Positions 14,101 to 27,503 of a DNA stretch of 64,000 bases are shown piece by piece. A program made the translations under genes and the position numbers. Source of the DNA: Bugula neritina (lineage: Eukaryota; Animalia; Bryozoa); contig OZ037770.1 in assembly GCA_964035545.1 (NCBI GenBank), forward strand, positions 6,334,729 through 6,398,728, given 5' to 3'. Position 1 is the first letter of the stretch; each line of letters begins with the position of its first letter. A model generated the notes under the pieces. That model did no database searches. It saw nothing but the letters and a program-made list of their open reading frames with translations, and had not been told where the DNA came from.

Positions 14101-17100
14101 ACACAAAGTGTAATAAGTGTGATTCAAATAAGTATATAAGCGTCAATAAGTACCTCGGACAGGTCTTCTGGTGTGTCGGCCTCCTCCTCCTAGGGTGGAA
14201 GTGGCCGGGGCGGGTCAGGCGGCGCGTCGGCCGCCCCGTCCTGATCTTGCAGTATCTCTTCTATCTCTCTATACGCCATGCCTCGCCCCCTCATAGGAGG
14301 GCGTCTAGCGGGCTCTAAGAGAGGAGGTGCTTGACCTGCTGCATCAGGACTTGCCCAGTGAGGTTTTAGCCGTGCTTCGTTCTGGATCGACACTTGTCCA
14401 GACCGTTCCACTTTATAGGTATGATTAGGCATCACCTCAATTATGCAGTATGGGCCCACGAACTTCAGCTGCAACTTTGCTGCCTGTCCACGTCGCCAGC
14501 GATGACTGGTCATCCAGACCCAGTCTCCCACCTTATACAAGGGGGGGGGAGGTCGTCAGAGTCACCACTCCTGACCTGCCATTGCTACTCACGTAGCACC
14601 TCGTGAGCCGTCCCAATGTGTTTTACGAGCTCGTCCACGAAACCGTGGACGTTGCTCTCGGGAGCCGGAACATGATAGGTTACCCTGGTTTCTCTCCCAA
14701 GTATGAGAAAATTTGGGGTCTCCAGTGTACTGGAGTGAGGGGTACTACGGTAAGCTTGCATGATTAGCGGCAGTACCGGCAGTACCATGTCCCACTCTTC
14801 CTGGCTCCTACCGATAAGCAGGCTTCTCAGTGAGTCCCCTAGCATTCGGTTGTTCCGCTCCACAACCCCGTTCCTTTGCGGGTGATACGGGGTCGTCCGA
14901 CTCTGGTTTACCCCCCACATTTTACAGAGATCGCTCATAAGCTGCGACTGAAACTGGGCGCTTTGATCAGAGTGTATCTGCTCCGGCAAGCCGAAATAGC
15001 AGAATACCTGCTGATCCAAGGCTCTGGCCACCGAGGGGGCTGACGCATCTGGAATAGCCATTGCATCAGCCCACCGTGTGAAATGGTCAGTCAATGCCAG
15101 TATCCAGTTATTACTTCTCACGATTGTGGGCATGGGGTCTACCAGATCTACAGCAACTACTTGCCACAGACGACCGGCATGGAGGCGATGCCTCCCTGCG
15201 GTCTCAGTGGGGCGGGCATGCTTACTAGCTTGGCATACCTCACACTTCCGCACCTGGAGTCGGACATCCCGGGTCATACCGGGCCAAAACCACTGGAGTT
15301 GAAGACACCTAGCCACCCGACTAGCTCCTGCATGAGCTTGCTTATGGGTGTCCCAGATCAACTCCCGCCTCAGAGCGGACGGACAGACTACCCTCTCTCA
15401 TTCACTGCGATTGGTGCCGGCTGCCAACGTTATCGTTAGCAGCTCATAGCTGTTAAACCGGAGGGAGTCCCAGCGGTCACAGAAGTACTTAAACTCCACA
15501 CTCTTCACCCGCTGTTCAGCCTCACTTGGTTGCCGTCCCTCCTTCTTGGCCCGGACTAGGTCAGTTACCACCCCTGGTAGCGTAGCTTGGAGCCGACACA
15601 GCTCTCTGACGTTCCTGAGCAGCCTGGGGTTTGCGTGAAGGTTGTTAACAGCTTCATTAGGGGATTCGGACCAGAGTTGTCCTTCTTCCCAGCTGTATAC
15701 ACCCGCTTTCCCCATTTGTTGTTCAACGTCCGAGCAAGGGGGTCCACCATCCCTGCGCTCAATCTTCTGGCACTGCTTACACCCATCTGCCTGGCGGCGG
15801 CTGAGTCCATCGGCATTACCGTGTTTATTACCGGGTCGGTGTTCGATCCGATAAGAAAACTCTGCCAGGATTTCCAGCCAGCGTGCTACTTGGCTAGATG
15901 GTTCCGCCTGTCGACACAACCATATCAAAGACGCATGATCGGTCCGAAGCCGGAATGTACGCCCATATAGATATGGTCTAAAGTGTTTGACCGCCTTGAA
16001 TACTGCCAAAAGTTCCCTCCTGGTTGTACAGTAGTTCTTCTCAGGCGCCGACAGGGCTTTGCTATAGTAAGCCACCATCACCTCGCGACCATCTTGGACT
16101 TGCGACAGCACAACCCCCACATTATGTTTACTGGCATCAGTATCCAAAATGTACTCCTTCACAGGGTCAGGATACGCCAAGATGAGTGCTTCCACCAGGC
16201 GATCCTTTAGGTGGTCAAATGCCTTCTGCTTGGCCTGTGTCCACTGCCATCGCACCCCTTTTGCTGTCAGCCGATTTAACGGCTGTGCAATTCCGGCAAA
16301 GTCTGGTATGTACTGACGATAGTACCCTACCAGTCCCAGGAATGCCCGCAATTCAGGGAGGTCGACAAGGACAGCCCAGTCCCTCACAGCCCGTACCTTC
16401 TCGGGGTCGGTGGCGACCCCGTCTCGACCAACTACATGGCCCAGGTACATAACCTCGCGCTGCAGTAACGCACACTTAGAGGGCTTGAGCTTCAGACCAG
16501 CAACTCGAAGTCTGTCAAACACCTCCCTGAGTCGACTGACATGTGTGTCAAAGTCGGGGGAGATGACAAGGACATCATCAAGATAGATGAGCAAGGTCTT
16601 CCAGTGCAGTCCACTCAGGACCTGCTCCATGAGTCGCTGGAAGGTGGCCGGTGCGGACGTAAGTCCGAATGGCAACACCTTCCATTTCCAGAGCCCATCT
16701 CGCGTTATAAACACGGCCTTGTCCTGTGCTTCAGGACTCAGGGGCACCTGCCAATACCCGCTTAACAAGTCCAGCGTGCTGAAGAATTTGCTACCAGCTG
16801 AGGCATCGAGCGACTCATTGATCCTAGGAAGAGGGTAAGCGTCCTGGATGGTCACGCTGTTCAGCCTGCGATAATCAACGCAAAAACCTCCAGCTCCCAT
16901 CATTTTTCTGAACCAGGACAACTGGAGAACTCTAGGCCCCATGGCCTGGCTCAATCAGGTCGCGGTTCAGAAGGTCTTGCACCTGCCGGCTCACTTCTTT
17001 CTCCTTCTCAGGACCTAACCGGCGGGTCGGCTGCCGAATGGGCGCCGTCCCCGCCGCCAGGGGTATCTCATGACAGACAGTCTTAGTCAGACCCATGACA

Positions 17101-20100
17101 TGGTCGCCGCAACTAAACACGTCCTTGTACTCAGAGAGTAGCCGCGCCATTACCAGGCGTTCTCGCTTGCTCTCACAGCCATCACAGGCATCCTCGTACA
17201 ACCCCGCTAGGTGTTCAGGCACCGGCCCTCTGCCGTCTCTAGTGGGTACCTCACGGGCTTCGTCCGCTGTTTCCAGCGCGGGCCCGACATCCTCCTCCTG
17301 TACGGAGTGGAACTTCCCCACTAGAGACCCAGCCGGTAATTCTACCGGCTCCGTGAAAGGATTCACGCACTAGACCAGGAACTCCCCCCGCTCATCCAGT
17401 CTATTCAGACTGTTAGCGAGCTGGACGCCCCCCAGTGCACTTTCCACCACTCCTAGCTCGGAGATTTCCCTACAGTTCACTCTGAAGCGAACTGTAGCAC
17501 GGGAGCGCTCAAGTACAGTACAGCGCTGTACCACCTGCACTCCCCCCACCAAGGGTCGGCCAAATCGGTCGACACAGGCCAGCTCACGTCCGGCCATCAC
17601 CACCGCTGACTTGTTGAAGTCGATGTAGCACCTGTGTCGCTTCAGAAATGGCATGCCCAAGATGGCGTCCTCCTTGAGTTGACTGACGATGAAGGTCTCA
17701 CTGATCGTCTGATCACGGACTCTACCAGTCAACTGGATTACCCCATAGAAATGAATACACGACCCGTCCGCCAACGTGCCGTGTTACCCTTCATATGGTT
17801 CTAGGCTAGCCCTGTCCCTGGCACTGAAAGTGCCCAATAGATGCCGACTCATTAGGTTTGTGGTGCACCCAGTATCCAACAGGAATGTGGCAGCTTTGCC
17901 GGCCAGCTTGCCGGGGATGAAATAGCTGCTTCCATATGGCTGAGCACTCACTGAGCGGTTCGTCTCTTGAGGCGACACTTCATGTGCATGGAGTTGGGGA
18001 TGCACCTGTGCCTTTCGGTTGCAAGGGGGTCGTCGACGTCGCGTGGGCAAGCAGGTTACATCTCGGTTTTGCTCACACACGGGCGGCCGAGTGAATTCTC
18101 GGACTGGTGCTCGTGTGGGCAACCGAGGGAAATCTCTGTTTCGCTCCCACTCGTCGTACACTCCCTCATCAGGCAAACCTTGAAAGCGGTTTTTGAGTGC
18201 CCAAGCCGGAGGTTTTGGTGGGCCTTGCAGCCTACTCACTCTCCTTGGGGCTTGCCACTCTGGTGAAGGCGGCCTCCTCACCCGGTGGGGTTTGGGCCTT
18301 GACCTCTGCCTTGGGGGGTTAAACTGGGGCCCTCGGGGTCGCTCAGCTGTCGACTGCTGGCGTAGTTGCCTGATCTCAGCTAGCAACTATTGAATCAGGC
18401 TTGTGGTCAAGCTAATCGGCTCGTCGGCTGCTGCCGTGGCGACATGTACAGCTGTCTTTGTCGGCGACGTCAACACGTCGTCGTCTGCTCCGACTTGCTG
18501 TATTGTCGTACCAGGCCGGCATGCACTGTCGGCTTGGAAATAGGCATTCCCAAGCCTTAGAGCTCTCTCCATAGTCTCAACCTCGGCCACCAGCAGATGC
18601 TGTTTCAACCTGAGGTTGTTAATAGATTGGAGGAATGCATCCAGTGCTAAGCCCTGTCGACCATCAGCAGGCAAGTCGCCATAGGCGACTTGTGCCAGTC
18701 GTTCGACTACGGTAGCATGCTCTCGCAGGTTAGTCTTAGGATTTCTCCTAAGCCCCTGGAGTTGCAAGCGAGCATCTTGAGCGGTTAATCCAAACCGAGC
18801 TCGTAATGCTTCAATTATGTCACCGACGTTTTGGCTTATTCCATGGGGTTTAGCCGGCCCTGTCAGACATAACGGTAGCTGGATCAGAGTAACCCTGGTT
18901 GGCCATCTGCAGATGGCCGCCACATCACTAAACTCAGTGATGAATTGCTCAACATCTTATTCTCCTGAAAAGATGGGAGCCCGCAGATGGTACCTGTCCA
19001 TAGGCAGCGCTGGGCCGCCTATGTGATCCTCCTCTACTGCTGCTAGTTCCTGTCCGGGCGCGTCGTCCTCGTCAGCCATCTTCTTTTTACTCCCTGGCTA
19101 GGAGCATTTGTATTAAGTGGGATCCCACCGCTGCCACCACTGTAGTGAATTTCTCAATTCACTATATTATGTGGGTCGACTTAAATAAAGCTACTACACC
19201 AGGTTATTTACGTTATAACAAGTTTATTATTTACAAGATACAAGAATTGATTTACTACTAACATAAATTGTACGATAACATAATAATGAGCACTTTGCAC
19301 ACAACTACTCTAAGCAAAGTCCTAAGCTGCTCTCTCCGGCTAGCTACTTAGCGTGCTTCCAGTACGAGTAGCTAGCTCCACCTGCTATCAATTAACAGTC
19401 CTTCCTGATTGGCTGGTATTAGTGGTGCCACTGTCGACCAAAAGATGTAAGTCGGATGGAAGCCGATGTAGTCGATCTCCACAATAACATAACATAGAGT
19501 CGACCCTTTCGATATATAAACTAATTGTTAATTGCACTACTGAAATCCATTACAATATATATACTTAAAAATTGATCAGATGGCTTTTAAGAGAGAATAG
19601 CAATGAGCTTCTACAACCCTTTAGCCAAGTGAAAAATTGGTATTCAATTTTTGCAGTACTTTAGCCAATAAGAGCATTTGTTTTTCTGTAGAACAACCAA
19701 CTGGGATGGTTTGGCTTATACAGGATCAAGTATTACTTGTGTGTGACTATGAGAGTGTTTTGAGAGTAGTTAAGCTCGAAGATAATGATGTGTCCACTAT
19801 ATGCAAGGGTATGCAACTCCTAGATTCTACTATATCCTTATATGAACATTTAAAATTGAAGCTTTGTATATTCAGTAAACAGCTGAATTACAAGCAAATA
19901 TCTTTTGAAACTATATGACAGTTATGAATTCACAGTTTTTAAATATTGAAAAGAAATTAAAAAGCGCTAAAAAAGTTATCTGTCACTTTTTGCTTTCTTT
20001 AAATATTAAATAATCTATAAAATGGTAATCTTATAATCACCGACAATGTCATAAAAAGCTTTGAAACAGTCAAACGCTTACATCACTGTAATAAATAGAG

Positions 20101-23100
20101 TTATATAACATATCAACTTAGACATATTTTCACATCAGTTTGCGTGACTGCAAGCTCTGTGTATAATTCCTTGTACTCTCTTAACAATGATTATAGGTCA
20201 GCATGACAGCGACCCTACATTCAGAACTGGTGGTTTGGACAGGTGCCAAGTAAATTCTCCGCTCACCGCCAAGGTTATTGGCGGTCTAATCTATATTGGC
20301 GATTCTTCTGGATCCGGTAGTACCAGGGCTGGGCATATTCTAACACTCACTTATTGTGAGTTTAACACTCAATATATTTGGGTTTTATTTACAATTAATT
20401 CATTTAGAAGCAATTTATGTTTCTTTGAGTAAATGGAACAAATTAACTTTTGAAAAAAATTTGTTGTTAGCTAGCAGAGTAAATACGACATGATAATAAA
20501 CTGCTCTGTTTTAATAAAGGGTAACTACTTCTACTATTAATTTGAAAGTGTTCTAATTGTAGCACGAGTTTTCATGTTACAATTATGAATGTTGATAACC
20601 TAGTCATGTTGGTAAATTCACACATGCTATAGTCTGTAACATATGTACGTTAAGATTTTTGTGACAAAAAAAGGTGAAGTTCTGTAACTATAAGTTGGTT
20701 TACACAAATTTATATTATTTTTCTCCGGTGCAGACTTTTATATATACAGCTTTAGTTATTTCATATATATTGCATTAAAATCAGTTTTTATTATTACCAG
20801 CCCAACCCAAGTGTTACCCTCCTGAAGTTAAGGGTCTTAAGAACGTCTTGAGTTTTACTCCAAACAAGAATGAATACATAAACAAAGACTCCATTAAGTT
20901 CAGATGTGATAACGGTTATGGTCTCAGCAGCAGCTATGATACTGTGACGTGTGTAAGAGCTCTGTTTGATAATGGAACAGTGTACGGTGTCTGGGATAAA
21001 CCTACGCCTTTTTGCAAAGTGAGTATTTACTTACTTCCTCACTCACTCAACTACTTACTCATCCAGTCACTCCCTCACTCACTCATTTACTCAATCACTT
21101 TATAGTCACTAATACTCACTCAATCACTCACTCATTCACTCAATCACTTAGTCACTATTACTCACTCAATCACTCACTCAATCACTCACTCAATCACTCA
21201 CTAACAGTGTTGTAGTTGATCATGGAATGTTTGAAAAATCATCTGGTTAAAACTCTTCCTTGCAGAAAGCTACATTATGGAAGATGGAACCTAAAAAGGG
21301 GCAACGATCAGGAGGGACTTTTGTAACTCTGACTGGAATATTTACTGAGGAGCCTCAAATCTTTGTTGCTCAAGAACAAGTATTTAAATTCACTCGGTAA
21401 TTTCCTTTTAAATGTTTGTTTATAAAACAGTTTCATAGAAGATTTACAGATAGAGAAAAATTGTAATGTTATTTGATATGTGAATAATTGTTTTATTTTG
21501 CTTTTAGGGCATCAACGCAGACTGTAACTTTTCACATGCCTCAATCTCAAAATGGACTTGGCACAGCTTATGTGGAAGTGCTACCCGGGAATCCAAGTAG
21601 TGAAAACTACGAGTATTTACCAGATCCAGCAATTCATTCTATCAATCACAACAGTGTGATTTCCAGGTGGGCTAACTAGTTCCAACCCCAGGTACTTATA
21701 GTATGATCTCTAAATTATGGTGTATTCTTTACGTAATTGATCAATTTTCTTGGTTGTCAAAATTGCCAAGTAATTGATTGAGCTATTATAGTAAATGATA
21801 CATATAAAAATTCCCCCCCCCTCCATCCCCAGTGAAGTTTGAGCCCAAGAACTTTGTTTTACAAACAGTTGCTCTAGCCAGTTACACCACAGTGACTGAT
21901 GGCTGAACGCAACCCTACCATATAAGTATTTTTCCTTGGTTACATTTACCATAAGCGGCTTTTCCTAAATTGAAAGTGAGATGTGTTGCAAAATAAAAAC
22001 TGCTAACTCATTTGAATACAGTCTGATTGACTGAATAAAGTATGTTTTCATGCTGTCTAAAATACACTTAGATTTGTATAAATGTAGAAATTAATAACTG
22101 TTGATCTGGTGTGTGCTGTAACATGTACGTCACTGCATGTAGATTCCTTAGGCTTGGAATATATTGCAACACAATAGTTTTGTCGCAATATACAAGTAAT
22201 CTAACCAGCACATACCCCCTACAAAGTTTACTGACACATGTGAGCATGTAGTAGGATGTGCTGGCATGTGTTACCTTGTGCTAGTATGTGCTATCCTGCA
22301 TTTTTTTTTCTTGTGCCACTTGCGTGTATCAAAATATTACAATTACTTATGTTTATAGTAGAATTTCTCATAGTATTTTATTAAATCTTTAAATTATACT
22401 TATTGAAAAAGTTATACTGAGCCTGTTTACAATCATATCCACAAACTCAAGATTTATGTTATTTCAATTAAATGATTATGATACTTTTGTAGGGGAGGTC
22501 TTGAACTCTTCTTTAAAGGTGATAACTTTAATTCAGCATACAACCACACTCTGATGTTCAGCAGCATCTCAACTAGCGTTAGAGCTGTCACGGTATGATA
22601 CTCAGTTACAGTTATTATAACCCTAGTCATAGCTGTCGGTGTCTAACCCTAAATTTTTTTGGGAGTAGATGAAGCGCTAATAATGTTCGCCATTTATAAT
22701 AATCTAGTTAGAAATAATGCAAAGCTTTAGAACTATTTAAGTACACTGCCTTTAAACTTAGTATGACCTTACTTATATCATTTTGAAATGCTGCTTTGTT
22801 TAGGCCTGTGAGCTTGGAGACTCTTTAAGCACACTGACCTGCATATCTCCTGACTTTTCTCAGTTCTTTGATGGAAAAGGTAACATTGCATGCTTGTATG
22901 ATTCTGTCATGTTCAGTATCAACAAATTGTTTAATGGATGGATTATTTTACACCAAAGTCTTTCTCATGGAACTTACTATATTGAGATAGACAAATTCTT
23001 TTGACTGTATACAAAGCTTCTTTCCTCAGTTAAAAAAATATATCAAACAATTTTGAAAAATAGTAACAAAAATTGAATCAGAATAACTTTTTGGGAGACA

Positions 23101-24789
23101 GCCCTATAAAACATTTGCATTATTTATAAATTTTCAACAATCATTGTTTCTGAAATTGTCAATATTAGCTTTGGCATGTGCAGTGAAAATTGTAAGCTTA
23201 CCTTTCAGGTAAGAGAAGTGTAATCACTGAAACTGTAGAGTTTTTCACTTTGACTGCCACACTGCTGTTCGACGGGAAAGCTCACATCGGGAGTCAGTTT
23301 GACTTCACCATCTCCAACACAGAGCCAACTTTTGACACTTTTAAACAAATCATGGTAGGTTGCCACCCGCGCAGGACCACGGCGGTGAAAGGTGACCATG
23401 GTAGGTTGCAACAGAAAAACACAAAAAACCCACAACTTGAAACATAATTATAAAGTGAACTTAGTGGGCTTATTTAATTTTATTTATGCCCAGCATTTTG
23501 CTTTATAATATTTAGCTCATTAAACTCAGTTTTTCTGTCAAAATAATGCAAAATATGTTATGTGGATAACTGATTTTGTCTAAACACTTCGCATTACATA
23601 AAAGTCTTTTTGAATTATTATTCTTGAATTTTGAAATCACACTGATATTAAAAATTCTTTAGATATTTGACCTGTGGAGCAAAACAACCATAGATGTAAC
23701 TGGATCTTACTTGGACACTTCCCTGGTGATCTCCGACTATACGGTTTATCTGAAGTTTGTTGAAATTGGAACTCAGCTACTTTGTGAGGTCACCAGATTT
23801 AATCAAACTTCTGTTGTGTGTCGACCTCCACTTGATTCTATTAGCATACCTGCTCATTCTCTCAACCTCATTGCTGACTTACAGGTAATTCTTATATATT
23901 ACTTACAAGTAACCTTTAGTCTGGTTTCTGAAGCTTACTGTCTTTTCTGGTGTGAAGGTAACTTCCACCAGGAAGTTAAAAAGATTGCCTGCAAGTTGAT
24001 AACTTTTTAGCTTTTAATTTTAAATTTGATAATTTTTTAAGCCCTAGATATGTTCTAATAGACCTGAATGTTTCTTTTGCATTTTTTTATCTTGATTTTA
24101 TCTGCATCTTTGAAAAGCCTTCATTTTTATGCATCGCTCTTTTGAATGCAACAGCGGTAATACATTATGTATTTATATCTATTCATGTCTGCAGGTTTTG
24201 GTTGCTGGTAAAAACTACACCATTGGTCAAGTAAAGTTCTTTAGTAGCCATGTGGATACTCCCGTTAGATCTGCTCGTACTTCGGCAGGTAGGCAATCTT
24301 CAATGACTGTAACTTATCGTACATTTTTTTAAGGATTGACAAGAAAGTGAAGTTTCAGATTTTGCTGAGTGCATGTTGCGTAATTGATAAGAACTTCTGC
24401 TCTAGGTTAGCTTAAGTTTCACAAGTTGCTAAACTCACTGCTGCTTTGACTGAGTACATTTTTATATTATCTAACAGTATCTTGCTATGAATCCTTGTTG
24501 AATTGTAATTTTAATTCAAATTTGTCAATTCGCGAATAGTGTGGTATATTAATTTAATGTTAATCATTGCTTTTTGTGTGTAGTTATTCCAATGCTTGTT
24601 ATTTATATCAAAAGAAAATGCATATATAATATAATGAATGTGATTCCAGGGACTATAGCTAGCATAGTGGTACCAGTGGTAGTGATCGTTGTTCTAATCA
24701 TAGCTATATATGCTTACCTCCTGTACAAGAGAAAGCTTCCAAGACCGGCAATTTTACAACTGCTGAAATATGAAAGTAGCTGCATTTAG
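8143..24789 (+). CDS. Single-pass receptor-like protein: signal peptide, NHL beta-propeller repeats, Sushi/CCP, IPT/TIG domains, TM helix; one in-frame stop (possible pseudogene)
   Basis: GT-AG exons with consistent phases: 8143-8216 (MAKLCKAIFIYCVFINFTLC), 9181-9356, 10092-10421 (IIIADLNNHCIRRV, NHL), 10980-11198 (TAG at 11114-11116), 19692-19808, 20197-20355, 20801-21018 (Sushi: C..IKFRCDNGY..C..WDKPTPFC), 21266-21396 (MEPKKGQRSGGTFVTLTG, IPT), 21508-21666, 22493-22592, 22804-22879, 23239-23354, 23663-23884, 24195-24288, 24650-24789 (TM IASIVVPVVVIVVLIIAIYAYLLY then KRK). Confidence 0.8.
11378..11795 (-). repeat. 3' LTR of Gypsy element 1
   Basis: Direct repeat of 19141-19554; preceded on the element strand by purine-rich AGGTGTGGCGAG (PPT-like). 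Confidence 0.95.
13324..13434 (-). pseudogene. nad3: Mitochondrial nad3 5' fragment (NUMT)
   Basis: ATG directly after trnF; hydrophobic N-terminus then ...KPYSSRNKNAP, matching the SREKxxP motif that precedes FECGF in ND3; truncated there. Confidence 0.7.
13435..13500 (-). tRNA. trnF: Mitochondrial-type tRNA-Phe(GAA), nuclear copy
   Basis: Acceptor ACTACAG/CAGTAGT; D arm CCT...AGG; anticodon arm TTAACC-CTGAAAA-GGTTAA; short T arm GGTA-AAC-TACC. Confidence 0.88.
13506..14150 (-). pseudogene. atp6: Mitochondrial ATP synthase subunit 6 (NUMT), lacking only the first few codons
   Basis: Motifs NLFGLTPYTF, FLAHLQPLGAP, IELVSLIVRPLTLAVRLTANL, FEIGVCFVQAYIFSLL, LYADEHP; internal TGA codons read as Trp. 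Confidence 0.96.
14190..15361 (-). pseudogene. Gypsy-1 integrase
   Basis: H..H..C..C zinc-binding region, VAVDL, IHSDQ, GVVERNNR core, C-terminal KFVGPY; in-frame stops. Confidence 0.92.
15398..17366 (-). pseudogene. Gypsy-1 reverse transcriptase / RNase H
   Basis: FCVDYRRLN, DLLSGYWQV, LPFGL, YLDD, ILDTDAS, RTDH, NADGLSR; frameshift near 16930. Confidence 0.95.
17370..19079 (-). pseudogene. Gypsy-1 gag and aspartic protease
   Basis: ATG at 19079 (MADEDDAP); gag motifs RAPIFSGE, LRARFG, DAFLQSINN; protease FLLDTGC...DAILGMPFL; several in-frame stops. Confidence 0.88.
19122..19139 (-). promoter_or_regulatory. Primer binding site complementary to the tRNA-Leu 3' end
   Basis: TGGTGGCAGCGGTGGGAT, 1 nt inside the 5' LTR boundary. 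Confidence 0.9.
19141..19554 (-). repeat. 5' LTR of Gypsy element 1
   Basis: Direct repeat of 11378-11795, adjacent to the PBS. Confidence 0.95.
21030..21202. repeat. Degenerate (TCAC/TCAA)n microsatellite in an intron
   Basis: tcactcactcaatcactcac runs. Confidence 0.9.
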
Positions 24790-25031
24790 GGTTTTGAAAC
24801 AAATTAATGCATGCAGTTTTTTAAAAACTTCCATGAACAGCAAATTTTTGGACAAACTTCATAAATGTTAGCACAGATTCTGAAAAATGTTATGATGTAT
24901 AAACTGTGTGTTTTAAAAGTGAACAGTTTTCTCACTTGATATAGATAGGAATCAACTGTTGTCTATTTTTAAACTAATAAACATAGAATATGCACTTCAC
25001 AGCTCTTTTGTATTATTATGTTATATCATAT

Positions 25032-26489
25032 TGTTGTGAACTTATGCCTTCACTTATGGATAGGGTTATTTAAAGCAGTGCCACTATGCCAAGTTAACAT
25101 TAATTATATGCTTTATTTAATCGCAAGGTACAGAAGTAAAACTATACGATATCAGAAAAGCATGTTATATGTATAGACAATATGTACAACCTAATTATAG
25201 CTATCTCGCTGTCTGACTGCCGGCTATCCAAGCGCTAGCTGTTAGCTCTAATTAACTAGTCCTGCCTTTGTTCACAGCGTACGTTAGTAGCCTGGTAAAT
25301 ACTGTCAGGCCGAGTATAGGAGAGATGCTACGCATTACGGTTGTCAGCTATCACAGTAGTTGATCTGCTGCAAATGTAGACATCGTGCCGTAATGCATAT
25401 TCAGATAGAAGTAAAATGGAGTTGTCCTTTCGATATTCACAGGAGCATAATTCCTTACCTTTTCTCACCCCATCGAAAAGCAGATCCTCAGGCTAATGTT
25501 CCTGTCTAAAAGAAGGGAAAAGATGTCCCGGTTCTGGAACGTTTGGACGATGTAACAGTGGGGGGGGGGGGTGAGAGAAAAAGGCAGCCTAGGCTCTGGG
25601 TCTTCGTGACGGTATGGAAGGTAGTACTGGCTTCAGACAGGAACGACGAAGAAAGTAGTGTAAAACAGAATAATATGAAAATACACAAAGGAAAATTCAC
25701 AAGAGTCACACACAAAAGTAAACTGCATAAAATAATACAACATAAAATAAAAGTACAGAACAGAAATGTAGCCACCAAGAGCACTATCGATAAAATATTG
25801 TAATTCTGTGGCAAGGCAGATGAACATAACAGGACCACACTGCAGGCCGGTCAAGTCAGCTACCTGCTCTATATAATGAGAGCTTCCACAAATTAATCAC
25901 ATGTTGGCATATTAGTCCATAACTGTCAGAGAGAATAGGAGGGGGGTGACCGTGTGGCTGGCGGCGGCAGGTCTTCTAGTTCCTCTACCTCGAACCGTCT
26001 CACCTGCAACAGAGCACCCAGCTTCTGTTGTAGGAAACTCTACCCAGTCAGTACGACACTGTGACCAGGTTGAGCAACCAATCAACCTCCTGACTTTCAT
26101 AAATCATCTGGGTGATTACTCAACTCGAAGTCGCCAGTGAAATCACCTGACACCAGAAGCTCCAGCTCTATTCCTATGGAATAGCGAGACCACAGTTGGC
26201 TACTAGTCAAATTCTACTTAAATAGAAAAATTGCACCAGTAGACTTCCTGTAAGACAGTTGCCACACTAGCCCCATTGTCTACTTGAGGCTTTGTAGTTG
26301 CCAGCTGTCACAAGTGTGTGCTCACACTTTGACAGTTATAATCGGAAAGGGAACTCCACGCCGTGAGAAGGCTGACACAATAGCCTTCCCTTGGTGGGCT
26401 GACAAAATTATACACGCCAACTGAGGCCCTGCAACTTACAGTTGTATCTCTCAATAAGGAGGAGGTGCAACTCTTAATTGCTTGTTTTC

Positions 26490-26490
<1 letters not shown>
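25032..26490 (-). mobile_element. Truncated Gypsy related to family 1: 3' LTR (~25032-25459), PPT and 3' untranslated region
   Basis: Starts TGTTGTGAA after ATAT; PPT-like GGGGTGAGAAAA; 26040-26490 is colinear with ~12630-13075 (gtcagtacgacact, aagtcg.cagtga.atcacctga, gcaactct.aattgct). Confidence 0.8.

Positions 26491-27503
<1,013 letters not shown>

Larger units (their letters stand above)
13324..14150 (-). other. NUMT: mitochondrial atp6-trnF-nad3(5') inserted in the Gypsy pol tail
   Basis: Abrupt shift to AT-rich sequence; atp6 reads open only with TGA=Trp and AGA=Ser; tRNA-Phe cloverleaf; nad3 N-terminus; Gypsy sequence resumes on both sides. Confidence 0.93.
11378..19554 (-). mobile_element. 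Full-length decayed Ty3/Gypsy LTR retrotransposon (family 1), antisense in an intron
   Basis: LTRs 11378-11795 and 19141-19554 (TG...CA, highly similar, one 4-bp indel); ATAT TSD at 11374-11377 and 19555-19558; tRNA-Leu PBS; gag-PR-RT-RH-IN order. Confidence 0.97.

Noticed and set aside
18387-18389. TAG between gag and pol in the same frame as a programmed read-through site
   Set aside because: Context IQ*LLAEIRQL suggests CAG>TAG decay; similar stops occur elsewhere in pol (e.g. FLV*CVNPF versus MLMQCVNPF in element 2).
14394-19026. Numerous + strand ORFs over the Gypsy internal region (likewise 29514-33309)
   Set aside because: Antisense shadows of GC-rich gag-pol with no recognisable motifs.
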